Source of the DNA: Marsupella aquatica
Lineage: Eukaryota > Plantae > Marchantiophyta
Length of the DNA stretch: 64,000 bases
Direction of reading: 5' to 3'
Assembly (NCBI GenBank): GCA_973895155.1
Contig: OZ316896.1
Span: 20,714,152 to 20,778,151 of the forward strand
Below are positions 1 to 13,018 of the stretch, in pieces. A program made the translations under genes and the position numbers. The notes under the pieces are model-generated. The model had not been told where the DNA came from and made no database searches. It was given only the letters and a program-made list of their open reading frames with translations. Numbering within the stretch: the stretch's first letter is position 1; every line of letters begins with the position of its first letter.

Positions 1-539
1 TGTGTTGGACCAATTGTCTGACCACGTATTAGGGGCACCCACTGCAAGCTCCGTCTGTACCTCTACCTCTGTTCCTGTCTCTGTGAGGTGATTCTATTCC
101 TGCCTGGAGGATCCGACTCCAACCGGTGTATGCGTATTCCAATCTCTCTGCTTCTGTGCATTTTGATCGTCAATTGCATGTATTCCTCATTCCATTCCAA
201 GGCAATTTGCTTCCCTGTAGCCTCTATCCCACACCATACAGATCTACTGGGCACTTTCCAATCAGTTTCGTATCAATCTTATTCCATCTCTCTCTCTCTC
301 TCTCGCTGTGTCATCCTGCGAGGTCACGGCAAGAGCTTGGACGCAAATCCCTTGAGGAGGGCTTCACCAATTTGATTGATTAGAAGTAAATCTCGAGCGT
401 TCCAGCTTCTGAAAACAAGCGCAGAGCGATTCGAACTTCCGAGACTCCAAACCCACAAAGCCCGTCCTCCTCTACGAACCCGAAAATGATTTCGCGAGAC
501 TCGAGAGTGAGAGCTCGAGATAAGACTTTGGACACGACA
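1..539 (+). mobile_element. Probable 3' (U5) end of an LTR, cut by the window start
   Basis: Mixed-GC block ending ...GGACACGACA (539), followed directly by TGG (540-542) as at an LTR/PBS junction. Composition shifts to AT-rich by ~650. No gag/pol is seen downstream. Confidence 0.3.
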
Positions 540-1406
540 TGGCGGTCGGGGAGTAATAGGGGATGGACACGCGTATCAAGCAGCGGGACCGCACGAAGGT
601 TCTTCTGTTTCATCGTCTTCGCCCATAAAATATAAGGATGAAAATCGGGTATCATAATAATACAATTTTTAATTATTTTCCACTAAGGATGTTTAGGTTC
701 ATAATATTGTCATGGTTTTTATTTATTTATCAATATAGTATAGCATGCTCATCCTGGAACATGCTTGGAATTTTTGTTTTGTAGTGACTTGAAAGTAAAT
801 AAAATATGAAAATATAACTAGAAAAATTGGTGCACAATTTGACCAATGAAAAGTACAATCAAGGATGCTACCATGTGTGCACTTAATTCAATGTCATGAA
901 TGATACTTATTTCAATAAAAAAATCATAAACTTAGGAAAGAAAGACATGAGAGTAATTTAAGACACAATCAAAACCATTTCTCTCATTCATGAGAATGTT
1001 CAACTGGTGGAGCCGTTCATTTCATCTCTAATAAATCACAAACATTAAAGCTGCCAAAATAAGTTCAAAATACTTTAGATACTAAAAATTAGAGGGGTCC
1101 ATAAATTAATTAAAAATGTATATGATACCCAGGCGCCCCTTGATAAGGCACATTGAAATAAAAATATATGACATGAAAACTCTGAATAAGACAAAATGTG
1201 AAAGGTGAATTCACCATATAGGAGGTACACAATACATGGGTTTATATACCACTGTGTTTTCTAAAGATGACAAGTTAAACAAAGGTCAGAATATACAAAG
1301 ACCGAGACTATTTATGGAGTCTATAAAAACAATAAAATTATCATAAATTAGAATATCTTTAATGACAATGTAGTTAAAAACTATAAATAATTAAGCTATA
1401 TATTAT

Positions 1407-1720
1407 TCAGGATCTAAGGTCTAAGTGAAACATTTAGGCAGTGATTTTATGGCATAACTGAAGTTGAAAATGAAAAAAACATGGATTGCGGGGGCAAGGT
1501 AAATCTGGTGAGGAGTTTCAGTCTAGGCCGTGACATCATGGCATAACTGAATTGACACTGCAAAAACAGGGATTGGGGCAGAGTGAGTCACTGGAAACTC
1601 TTCAGGATCTAAGGTCTCTAGTGAAACCTCTTGACCATGAGTCTATGGCATAATTGAAATGGACAGTGCAAAAACAGGCATTGGGGGCAGGTGAATCTCT
1701 AGAGGACTCACTGGAAATCA
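1407..1720. repeat. Diverged tandem repeat, ~90-105 bp unit, 3 copies
   Basis: The core ATGGCATAA(C/T)TGAA...AAAAACA..ATTG..GGGCA recurs at ~1449, ~1538 and ~1645. Confidence 0.75.
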
Positions 1721-2329
1721 ATTGAATAAGAGTGTTTAAAATGGAAACAAGCTTGAATGTACTCACCTACACACAAGAACGAATCAGGCTAGTTAAATTA
1801 AACTTTGGGCCACACTAACCAAATGTTTTGGGTCCTTGTGAAACCTCCATAAATTCTGTCCTGTAAATTTTAAGAATATTCTAAGCTTCCTAGTGTAAAC
1901 ACTGACTTTCCAAATGTATACATTGTTTATAAAGTAGAAAAACATTACAACACAAGAATCTATTTTGACCTTGAGTTGCTTCCTGAAATGAAAAATAAGA
2001 AGTTTATGCAGAGTTCTTGTGCAAACTTGGATGACACTATTGAAAAGTGTGGACTTGCTTCCTCAAGCATCTAAGCGCAGCAAGACCAGTAGAAAGAAAC
2101 AAAGAAGGAACATCAGTCTGCTCCACAGCCTGCCACGTGCCCTCCTGCCTTTCCTTTGTGTGTATATCTTATTCCCCAGGCATGTCATCAGTCACCTTGG
2201 AACCCAGCCTGCCACCTAAGGTTTTGAATCTTTGGCACTATATTTGGATACAGTTCCACAACTTACAAGGACTTCTCTTGAACATTCTAGCTGTTTAGTC
2301 AAACAAGGATACCCTTGTTTTGTACAAGT

Positions 2330-3235
2330 GATCAGTTTTTTGGGTGCTTATACAGGTCGTGAATACATGCATAAACTTCAGGGAATGCTGTATATATATT
2401 TTTGAGGTTAAATAGGGTTACCATCAAAGGAAAGATTTCAAGATTTATTTTCTTGTGTGTTTGTGGCAAAGCAATCTCATGGAAAGTAAAGCCCAGATAG
2501 ACTTCCACTTTATCTATGAAGTCCAGATGGAATGGCAAAGTCTAGATAGACTTTCTCAGAACATTTAAATTGACTCAGAAAACACTGTTTACACTTTTGA
2601 CCGCAATGTGATTTATAAATTTAAAGGGTCTCCTTACTGTTTGCAGCCAGTTTCAATTGCATTACCAGATGGGTTTCTAATTTGGTAACTTGATGGCTTG
2701 ACTACCTTGAGCCTGAAAGACGTCAAGACATCATGCCATTACTCAAGATCACCATGAACTCTTGACTACTTTCTCCCTAAGGTAGTCAAAGTTATCAAAT
2801 GTGATCCGTAATCTGCGACCCATTCCTTTTTCTTTTCAGTGTAAAAGCGACGATTACATTACGGAGTCCATGTGGATGGGCAGGGACAATGTCTTGGTCC
2901 ACCGGCATTTGTTTAATCTTATGGGGTAATTCTTGGAGAAATAAACATATTTCTGGAGTAATTTTCTTGTCACTTGAAACTTTGCCGGGCACTTGAAAGC
3001 AACTGAAAGTCACCAGTCTAGGAAGCTAGAGCTCGTTCTCACTCAACTTACTGAAACTTTGTTGTTGTTAATCATGACCATTATCAAATGACGTCTCCAC
3101 ATGATTTATCGCTACTCTATAAGAGAAACTTGCCCTCCTCAATCATCTTCCTGCAATCCCTGGTCTTTATAAGAGGTATTCCTTCTGCCAATGAATGAGT
3201 TTCTTTTGGATGGTAAGGGTCATTGTAGTCTGCAA
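2330..3235 (-). pseudogene. Decayed coding remnant of unknown family, probably TE-derived
   Basis: ORF fragments 2795-3013 and 2332-2538. The 2795-3013 frame continues both ways through TAA/TGA/TAG codons compatible with C>T decay. No motif recognised. Confidence 0.25.
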
Positions 3236-3270
3236 GGAAACAGTAAATGTTTTTTCTCACATGACCCCTT

Positions 3271-3590
3271 ATTTTTCTATATCCAACTGCCTACCTAACA
3301 TGCATCAACCTGGTTGATAACATACATTTTTGGGACTCCTATTTTTTCTAGCAAGGTCATAGACTAGCCATTTGGAGTCATTAAAAAACACAAAAATATG
3401 AAAGGCAGCAAAAAGCAAAGAAATTTAACTAATTTTTCTATATCCAATTGCCTACCTAACATGCATCGACCTGGTTGAAAACATACATTTTTGTGACTCC
3501 TCGTTTTGCTAGCAAAGTAGCTAGCCATTTGGAGTCATAACAAAACACAAAATATTTATAAAAGGCAGCAAAAGGCAAAAGAAATTTAAA
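3271..3590. repeat. Tandem duplication, ~160 bp x2, diverged
   Basis: ATTTTTCTATATCCAA(C/T)TGCCTACCTAACATGCATC...AAAGGCAGCAAAA..CAAA.GAAATTTAA at 3271 and 3432. Confidence 0.9.
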
Positions 3591-3894
3591 ACACTAGTGT
3601 GTCTCCAACAACACTCTCCTCCCTAACAAAATTCCATTTTGCTCATTATACAATACCTCGGATGGTAATAACCTTCACCGCGCAAGCATTAGACTCCTAT
3701 TCATATATATTGGATCTGGCTGGAAATGCAAAGAAATGGGAACGGTGCGCAGTAATGCTGGAACCAAGAGTCAGTTCTGATGCTGATGTGATACACGGGA
3801 AGTTACTGGATCTGAGGTTTACGATCCCAAGGTTTATGAGTGGTCTTCCACAAGGCCCATGCTCTCTGTGAGATTTAATCATCAAGTGGCAGCG

Positions 3895-3968
3895 CACAGT
3901 GGGAGACAAAGCTTTCGTTCATGGCGGAGCTCACAGTGGGAGACAAAGCTTTCGTTCATGGCGGAGCT
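3895..3968. repeat. Perfect 37-bp tandem duplication
   Basis: CACAGTGGGAGACAAAGCTTTCGTTCATGGCGGAGCT at 3895-3931 and 3932-3968. Confidence 0.95.
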
Positions 3969-4382
3969 CAAGAATCATATATCGAAATTGAGAAACAGAT
4001 TTTTGAACCAGAAACGGAGGAAACGTGTTCCAGGTCAGAAAATTGCTCGAAAGATGATCTGGTGGAGTGAGCTCATGATTTGTGGGATCATCATCATGGG
4101 ATCATGGTGGATGATCAAATGTTAGTCCCGATGTCAGTACGTTAGATTGACAAAATAATATTACATCGTTTTCACCAAACGGATATTGCCAAGACTTGAG
4201 TCCTCAGGCTTGCTGTAAAATAGCTTAAAAACAAGGAAAAACGAAGCCACACCAAGACGTACACAGCAACCGGGAAGGTGGGGAGGAGGTGCACTTGTCT
4301 CCATCAGATACGTTGGGAACTTGCGTAAATCCAGTTCAGAATCTGGTTTTGAGAACATCAAGAATTCGTTGCTAGTAGTTTA

Positions 4383-5506
4383 TTAAACGTTCAGATTGTC
4401 CATTTCTTCCTTGATTGTGGTGAAGAGAACAGTGCTAAGATATTTCTCACCCATACTGTTCAACAGAGACACAATAAGCTTGCCAGTAATCTCTGGTCTT
4501 TTGGCTACCTTGAGAGCCCCAGCGACTGCAGAACCAGATGATATCCCTACAAAGAGCCCTTCCTCTGCGGAAATTCTCCGTGCCATAGCTAAGGCCTCAT
4601 TACCAGACACATTGAGAATCTCATCGAACATCGGTATTCTCTGGAATGAATCCAGGACCAGTACCTTGTATTGGGTGTGGACTTGGCTTTCCTCCTTGCA
4701 GAACCGCACTTTCAGCAGGCTCCACAGCAACAATCTATATACTTGGGTTCTGGCTCTTCAGATACCGACCTACTCCTGTGATTGTTCCACCGGTTCCCGT
4801 CACTCCAACGAAAATGTCTACTTTACCCTCTGTTGCCTGCCATATTTCAGGCCCAGTAGTTTTGAAGTGCGCTACAGGATTCAGTGGATTGCTGAACTGG
4901 TCCAACATGTACGAGTTAGGAGTATCTGCAAGCAGCTGGTCGGTGTGTCGGGATAACTGAGGCAGTCCTCCTGTACTAACGTCCACGACAACAACTTCTG
5001 CGCCCAAAGTTCGGGTGACCATTTTTCGCTCCATAGCCACGGAGTGGGGTATGACCAGAATCACTCTGTAAACCCCGTGGGACACCAACCATAGCCAGAG
5101 CAATGCCAGTATTGCCACTTGTCGGCTCAATGAGTGTTGTAACTCCAGGCTGTATTGAACCCTTTGCTTCGGCGTCTTCAATCATGCTGAGGGCAATTCT
5201 ACCTTTGACAGAGGCGCCGGGGGTTAGTCCCTCTAACTTGGCCACTACCCTTGAATATGCCCCCTCCTTTTTGGTAATGAGATTGATCTCCACAAGGGGA
5301 GTCCCGCCAATGAGCTGGGCAACACTGTTGTAGATCTTGGGCGTCTTGAACGGAGGACAGATAGGTGCTGCCTCATCAAACAATTCCAGATGCCGATCAA
5401 TCTCTGGCTTCGGCTCCACTGTCTGCTCCTCCTTCGGCTCCAGTTTCAGCTCCAACATTTCCGGCGGAGTGACCTCAGCAGGTGGCGATACCTCTGCTGT
5501 TACCAT
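4383..5506 (-). pseudogene. Intronless cysteine synthase / O-acetylserine(thiol)lyase (CysK-type, PLP-dependent) pseudogene
   Basis: Motifs LIGGTPLV, AKLE..PGASVKGRIA (PLP Lys), EPTSGNTG, LDQFSNPLNP, GTGGT, HPIQG.G.GFIP, GISSG and GEKYLS lie across three ORF pieces with no introns. Lesions: an extra base in the AAA run at 5070-5072, an in-frame TAG at 4735-4737, and a frameshift at ~4622-4635. First ATG at 5506. Confidence 0.9.
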
Positions 5507-6829
5507 TTCGTATACTCGATCCTTGGATTCTTCAACTCTCGATCTAGCTCGGTGAATCAGCACATTCAGGAAGAAATCTTCGACTGCTCTGAAATTCACT
5601 CACCAAAATCGGTCTCGCTGTATTAATGTACTACAACTATCTTGCCAAACTACTGTAGATCATATCACTCTCCTGAGTTATGTATTATCGTGCTGAGGTC
5701 TGAGGTCCGAAATGGTGTAAATGTATTCCTGGCCTCACACCGAGATAAAGATTTTCAATCTCCCCATCTTTGTTGATGAGGAAGGTTAGCAAGAACGGAG
5801 CGAGCCGCCGCTCTTGTATTAAATGGTCTTTACGTTTGGCATAAGCGAGTCCGAGTCGTATTGAGAACGTACTACGCGACCCAGCCGCCATTGTTTGCAG
5901 TAATGTATTAGATTGGACTGTGTAAGTGTTGTTTACTAATTCACAAGCAGAAGCAATAGTATTCCTGGTATTTTGATTGCTTGCGTCGAACAAAGTATCC
6001 AAACAGCAGACCTGCTTGTGGCAACAGTCTTACTTGCGTCAGTCCTGCTCTCTACTTGTCGGACCAGGCATGGAGGGTCGATCAACTGTAACCATGAAGT
6101 GGCATACCAAGTATGTTATTATTTCAATTTTAGCAGTTGACATGTCAGTGTTAGATCCTATTTGGATTCGTTAGAACCTACTTGGCATAGTCACACGATC
6201 ATGTCATGTGGTGACACCTAACTTACCCGTGCCTTCTCCTGGCCCGACTCACCCACCTTTTCTCTCCGCTCAAGAACGCAATCAAGAGACGGTTCTTCTC
6301 TTGATGTGGTTTTTGGGGGTAGAAAAGCACGGAGTCAACAACGAGTAAGCCCAACAATAATAATGGATCATGTGCAAGAACTGACATCTATGTTAGTGTC
6401 CAGAATCTCTTGATTTTCTCAGGTAGATCATTTTGCATTCTGAAAGTGGGAGGTGAAGATCTAGTCAAACAAACAAACATGTAATTCAATATCCAGTGCA
6501 GCAGGATATAACTGTTGTTTCCCTGGATGGGAGAGTTCTGTTGTCTTTGGAGAAAATTCGTGAGAACTTTGTAACCCAACTACTTTTTATCGTGCAAATT
6601 GCGGTAAATGCGAAGTTCATGTTATGAGAACATACCCAGTCGACAAAGACAATGTGTGTAAACGATTGACTCAAAGAACTTAATTAAGCATCACTTTTAT
6701 GCGAAGGAATAAAATCCATCACCAACACGTACTAGATGCAACAATCTCTTCAAATGGTCCAAACCATGATTTATTAGGCTGTTTAAAAATAATTCTACAT
6801 TTAGTAATCTTATTATTAAAATGCCAACT

Positions 6830-6910
6830 CAAGTCTATTTTTAAGAGTCTAGTTCTAGAGTGAAGTCTCAAGTCTATTTTTAAGAACCTAGTTCTAAAGT
6901 GAAACCTCTA
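6830..6910. repeat. 39-bp tandem duplication, imperfect
   Basis: CAAGTCTATTTTTAAGA..CTAGTTCTA.AGTGAA occurs twice. Confidence 0.8.
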
Positions 6911-7182
6911 GATCTTAATTCTATGATCATCATGTGCATGAGAGAAACTCATGACATGATATATTGATATATGTATATATCAGTTTTCTTTGATAATTTC
7001 TATATGCACTATGGTCCCACCACAACATATGTGCATTAAAAAATACTCATGTGCATACAAAAGAGAAAGGTATATTATATATAACTATTAAAATGATAAT
7101 TTTCTTTTATCATTTCATTAACCTTCAAAGAATATGGATAAAAAATATATTTTGATAATTTTTTTTATTGTACTCTTTGTTA

Positions 7183-7302
7183 TTTACATTCAAAGATCAG
7201 ATAGTCGGGGCTAGTAATGTTTGAATAACAGCTCGCTTGCCTTTTACATTCAAAGATCAGATAGTCGGGGCTAGTAATGTTTGAATAACAGCTCGCTTGC
7301 CT
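7183..7302. repeat. Perfect 60-bp tandem duplication
   Basis: TTTACATTCAAAGATCAGATAGTCGGGGCTAGTAATGTTTGAATAACAGCTCGCTTGCCT at 7183-7242 and 7243-7302. Confidence 0.95.
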
Positions 7303-10300
7303 TTTCACCGCGTGACTGTTGTGAAATCAAGGTCCATCGCATGAAATCATCCTTCGAATCATCATCATTTGTGTTATATGCTTTTTCCGGGGCTTGTTTT
7401 CACGATTGAGAAGCCTTTCCACGTTATGAAACTTGTAAAGACCTTCGTTGAACAGTCTGTTTCTAAGTTTTTAGTGTTCTGAATTTTGGTTTGAATGTCC
7501 TTTTAAGTTGAAAGTGCTAAAGTAACCAAGCTCTCTTATGACTACTCAATTTTTCTTGTGATGAAGACGATATTGAAGCTTTGCACCTCTTGACTTGATG
7601 CAAGAAATATACAGCAAACTCAACAAAAATAAAGAGCTAAATCAAAACATATAGACAGAGATCGAGAACCAGGTGATTCACTTTGTCACGTTGGGTTTTA
7701 CGAGATCACTGAATTTAAACTCTAAGCTGCGGAAATGAGATCGATGTCGTTCGTTTTCATTTTATCGATGTACGTGGCAAATGTTTTAGCTCACAGAATG
7801 GTTCTGGCCAGCGCAAGGAGAAGCAATTGCGGCAACGTCCAAATTACAATACCCCCAAAATTTCGTTCCTGTGGACGAATTAATCACTGTGGCGTCGTAT
7901 ATATGTAAGGAAACATTCTTAAGGAGAGAATGTAATTAAGATTTGGTCTAAGTTCTGCTACAAGCTCTTTCATTGAAGTCTCTCCTGCAGCTGAAAGAAT
8001 TTCATGTTTATAATTTGTCCATCTTATTGGAGAAATTGAGTTCCTGAATAGTCGTTTCGATCATTAAACGTCGTTGGTTTCACTCAGAAGACTATGGCCT
8101 TACCTCTCGTTGTGCTCTCTCTTGCTCTCAGCCAGTACAAAGCAAGGATTGAGGCTAGTCAACATTGACTCCAATCACCAATCACCGAGGCAGTTCCCAT
8201 CATGAACAATGTAGAATATTGAAGGTGGATTGAAACCTGGATTGAATATGATAATCGTCAGAAATGCGAAATGGATTGCAGAAATACTATTGAGGGGATA
8301 GTCGATATTTTAATTAGAGGCTCTCGCATTTTTGGTCACGATCAGCTCACGCAGAGCATAGCATTCTGGATTCCTAATAAAATTTAAAAGAGAAACAGTA
8401 GTTTTTCACGTAAGTTTTTGTGTTCACTCTTGTCGTGTTCCGAATCTGTAATTGTTCTAGCTGGTTCGGGATATATATGTGATTAGTTTCTATCGAGATA
8501 GCAACTCACAGATTTTTGGCAGTGCACTCCCTCGTCCTGTTTTATTGTTGACGGCACTCTGAAAAGGATGTAACATTTTGGGAACCTTCACCAATTGTTT
8601 GCCTTCATATCTGGAACATTCGTTGATGTGGAGCTATTGGATCTTTTGATGTGACACTTATACCAAGCAACCGAGCAATGGCGAATGAAAGAGAGACCGC
8701 AGGAGGCATATTTCAACTTTCTTTTGCACCCGAATATCTGTCATCGTCCGCATTGATGCGTTCTTCCTTCTCGCTTGTCGACGATCCCTCCTTGATGGCT
8801 CGTCCCGTCCCGTCCCTTCCTTAATTCAATTCTGACATCTCACGGTATGAGTCGTACCTCCCACTCTCTCTCTCTCTCTCGTATCTCTTCTCCTTCGACT
8901 CTGGTACTTTTGTCTATCACGCGCCCCGTTGAGCTAATATCATTCCAAGATAACCACCAGAACGTCAAATGAGAGACCAAATCAACAGGACGTCAAGTGA
9001 CCTGAAGTTTCAGCAAAAAAATTGAGTAATCTAAATTAGCAATGATCACGCACCTTCGATGTAGGGTTCAATGTGGTCCAGCAGCTTCACATGGATCCAT
9101 TTTCGGACCAACCACAAGCAAAATTCGCACTCGAAGATGCCAAGGATAAGAAGACTAGCATTCAAGGAACAGAATGCATGAGAAGAAATGTGGACTTCAC
9201 ATGAAGACGAAGATGACATTTCTCCAATGCTTCAATGCCCCGCTCAAACGGCGATCGCCTGGAGTCTCACCGGACTTGATGCTTCAACCTACAGTACTTG
9301 CGAGCATATTGAACGAGATGTGAAAAAGAGCACCAACCCTACTGCACATAAAAATGTGTTCTGTACCCTTACTGTACGTCTCCCGCAGAGAAAATCATAC
9401 ATTCTGCTCAGGGAACTGGAGTCTCGCGGTCTATAAACTAAGACAGGCCGAAGCTCAGTGTCCAGTCGAGGAGTACTTGGCGAAGCCTTTGAGGGGCTGC
9501 GCTGGTGCTCACACTGAGCACACATCCCGAAGCCTTTTCCAGACCAGCTGGGCGACGACGGGGATGATATAATCTATGCCCTCAACCAGCAATTTCTCCC
9601 TCCCCCTCAGGAATGGCATGACCAAATGAAAGGCTTGAATTGTGTAGAGCCCTCTGTCGGCTGTTGGTTGTAGAAGTCCTTACATGAGAGTATTGTTAGC
9701 AGTATTTCCCTACGACGACATTCATTGTTGCATGCTTGGCGCACACATCTTTCGCCAGCTTGCCCTTTTCTGACTGTAAATGACCTGGTGCTTTAACCAC
9801 GACACTTCATATATAATGATGTTGTGATATGAGGAGAGTCTAGATTCATTGTACAGGAATGCACTCGAAATGGCACCCAGCTTTGTAAGCCACGGTGCTA
9901 GCAGTTGAATTCAACTGATTGATATAATTCCTGATCTGATAAAATCAGTGGTGGACCCTGAGACTTTCAGAATGCTTCGAAACTGACGAAGAATATAGCG
10001 TACCCCGTATCAAAAGTGTCCTAACAAAAGTTCTTTGTGACTCGATCTGCTCGGGCACTATTACTGGCCATACAAGATTTGACGAGCGTGGATTCACCAA
10101 TCGTCAGTCTTGGAAGCGGACATGGAAGCTGACTGGTTTCGAATTGCTTACTACTTGTGTCAATAGAATCAGAATTTGAGCACCTTGCTGCAGATGCAAT
10201 ATATTAGGCTGGAGCACCTTACTTACTTCCTCCCCCCGGAGTAGCAATCCATGATCATTATCGAAATCCGACGCAAAGGAGTTTTCCTCCATCTGTAGCG

Positions 10301-12124
10301 TTAGGGACCAGTCTATTTTAATTTCTTGTAGCCACCAAATCTAGGTATGCTGTAGGTAGCTTCGATCAGTACCACTGTACACCGGCTGATTTTCCATGTA
10401 AGTCATTTTTAATCCTCCAGAACCTGCCTGGCCCTGATCGAGTTATATGGTTAGGGCGAAACAGAAGAGCGCTGGATCAACACCGCGCTGTCTAAATTGA
10501 GCATCGGGGAGCTCGAGCTGAACGCAGCAGAGGGGAGGGTGAGCTGGTGTGCAATAGCTTCAACAGCCAGCTTCAAGGTGCAAACTTACTGGAGCGCGAG
10601 GTGACCACAGCCGGCTCAATTTCAAGGTCGAGTGTCCACTCTCCACTAGCTCCCGACCCTGCAGGCAGGTGGGTCCTGAGTGTACACGGACCTGCTCACA
10701 TCGAAAGTCCACACCTCATTTTACAAAACGAGAAGTTGGGGACTACAGTAGCTAGTCGACATTACGGTTCTAATGCCGAGTACGCGTTCTTAGATAACAT
10801 TATTGATCAGTTCCATGCATGGTGAATTGGTCACAGAAGGCGCGCAATCTCGATGACTTCGTTCCTGCAACGCTATTCCAACTCTACAGTCCCTGAAAAA
10901 GATGCGCCGCCATGGTAGTCTAGCTTGTCATGCAATACCAATCATTCCTAGGACATGACTTCCTCCGTCACCTCAATGGGCGACGACAGTTTAGCAGGCA
11001 ACAGGCATGGATAACAAAAAGTCCCATGCTGTCTCTTCTTTGCTTCACCTGCTAGATTCTCTGGACACTGTCGATGTTGTCAAACCTGTTAAACAAGTTC
11101 TTGATGTTAGTTGTAAATATTCAATCAGTGATCAGTTCAAAAACTGAGCAAAAGTCCGAAGCATCACCAGAATATTCACGTGGCGGCCCATCATATCTCT
11201 GCTGATTTTTTTTTCTATCGTTTAGTTGCCTCCCTCTTTTGCGGCTGTGTTGGCCTGGTTCCACTGCCCTTACGATTGTCAATTTGGGTTATACTGAATT
11301 CATTCTTTTACCGCAAAAAACTCAATATTTTACATGGTGCTTCAATTCATTTTGTTAAAAAATAAAATGCATAGACACAGGCTTTACAAGGTGCTTTGGT
11401 GGACTCACATAACCAAATATTAAATTATATTTTCTGACCTCAAACCTATGTCCAGGAATCCGGGACTCCTGGAAATATCGACTAATTAGTCGGCATGTAC
11501 CTCTCTACACCCGTCCAGTGCACTTTCAATCCTAAGAAAATGTGATGAAAGTTAGATTTAATACTCGGTTTGTATGTAGCTAATTAGTCTCGCGATCTAG
11601 GTTTTCTCAGCTCGGCATTAGAGGGCGGACCCTTAATTCTGTGTCCAGAGGTCATGTTTGCTCACACTGCAAAGACTTCCTCGGCACCACCGTAACTTTT
11701 GAACTGTACAGATCGAAGCAAATCAGACTAAAGAAGATATCTTACTAAGAAAGCGCAATCAAAAGGTACTTCTTTGGCTTACTGTCAAATGAAGCGACTC
11801 TAATTTAGGGCCTAAGTGAAAGTGAGGGTGGAGGCGTGAGTCTAATTTAGAGCATAACTGGAAATGAGGGTGTGGACAGAAAACAAAATGAACAGGAGAT
11901 ATCATCGAATTTGTTTTCTGCAAGTTTTTTTTTCTCATCTCTAAGTGCAGCGAAAACTCATCCATGAACCCACCAGAAGTGAACGTGCATGCACTCTTAA
12001 CTCTAATCTTTGGATCGATCTGGTGATTTGAGTGCTGCAGATACGACATAGAAATACCCATGATCGAAGTGAGTTGGGTGGACAAAAATTAAAGGAAGCT
12101 GATATTCTGAGCTCATGCTGTCAG

Positions 12125-12323
12125 GGAATCCTTCTATGGCCCCCCAAGGTCTTGTAAAGGGAAGTGCAACCAGTGGTGCTAGATTCTTTTCTTCACCAAT
12201 TAAAGCAAACTGGAGGGCCATTGCACACACTAAATATAAGGTCACGGGCCTAAAACATTTTTGGAATCCTTTAATGGCCCCCAATGTCTTCTAAAGGGAA
12301 GTGCAACCAGTGATGCTAGATTC
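12125..12323. repeat. Direct repeat of ~60 bp, copies ~137 bp apart
   Basis: GGAATCCTT..ATGGCCCCC.A.GTCTT.TAAAGGGAAGTGCAACCAGTG.TGCTAGATTC at ~12125 and ~12262. Confidence 0.8.
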
Positions 12324-12981
12324 ATTTGCTATTAGACAGATTGGGAGGACCCACTACACCTGAATGTCACCTTGGGGCCAGAAGAAGACATCTCCAACAA
12401 AGATCGTCTAAAATCTAGGAAAAAAAAGTGCTCTACAAGCAAAAATTGAGCCCCACTCCATTAGATATATGTAGGATTGGTAATAGGTTAATTTTGTTTG
12501 AAAGAACAACAGCAGTTTCTCCCGAATGGATGGCCCTGATCAGATCTTGAAGACAAAAATAAAAGTGGCAGGGTTCATTTTCATGGAAGTCACATATCAC
12601 AGGGCAAAAAAATATAGATTCAATTTAGAGAGAAAGACTAATTAAGATGTTAGTAGAATGAGTTCGTGGACCCATGACTATTGCCGATTAGTTCGCAGCT
12701 TAGAAGAAATCTTGTTGAACATTTTGACCTCTAATGCTCTCTAATTGGATAATCCATAAAAGTGATCTCATCAGAAATTTCACCCATCCATGCAACAGCA
12801 GCAGCTCACTCGGATTCCAGTGCATAGACTACATCAGGACTGATTCTATGTAACTTCCGTCTCCTCTCCTTTTCTCCAATAGCTGCCTCGATATGCTAAT
12901 GACACCAGATTGACCACAAACTGACCAGACCACAACGCTCTGATTGAATTCTACTTGATCAAGCTCTGCACCATGTCTCTG

Positions 12982-12984
<3 letters not shown>

Positions 12985-13015
<31 letters not shown>
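12985..13015. repeat. (TC)n microsatellite
   Basis: About 15 uninterrupted TC units. Shorter CT tracts occur at ~286-303 and ~8864-8880. Confidence 0.95.

Positions 13016-13018
<3 letters not shown>

Noticed and set aside
4735-4737. In-frame TAG as possible readthrough or U-to-C editing site
   Set aside because: The locus is nuclear and two further frameshifts in the same gene indicate plain pseudogenisation.
4396-4960. 186-aa and 104-aa plus-strand ORFs
   Set aside because: Antisense shadows of the cysteine synthase sequence.
8160-8240. IDSNH...MNNVEY*RWIE resembling a thioesterase D.N.H.NN..Y..W motif
   Set aside because: It needs a ~20-nt excision and stop repair, and no other thioesterase exons are nearby. 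Probably chance.
9188-10825. Coding-like stretch with exon-like pieces (e.g. GETEERWINTALSKLSIGELELNAAEGR)
   Set aside because: No consistent strand or frame and no recognisable domain. It may be an old pseudogene, but I cannot support it.
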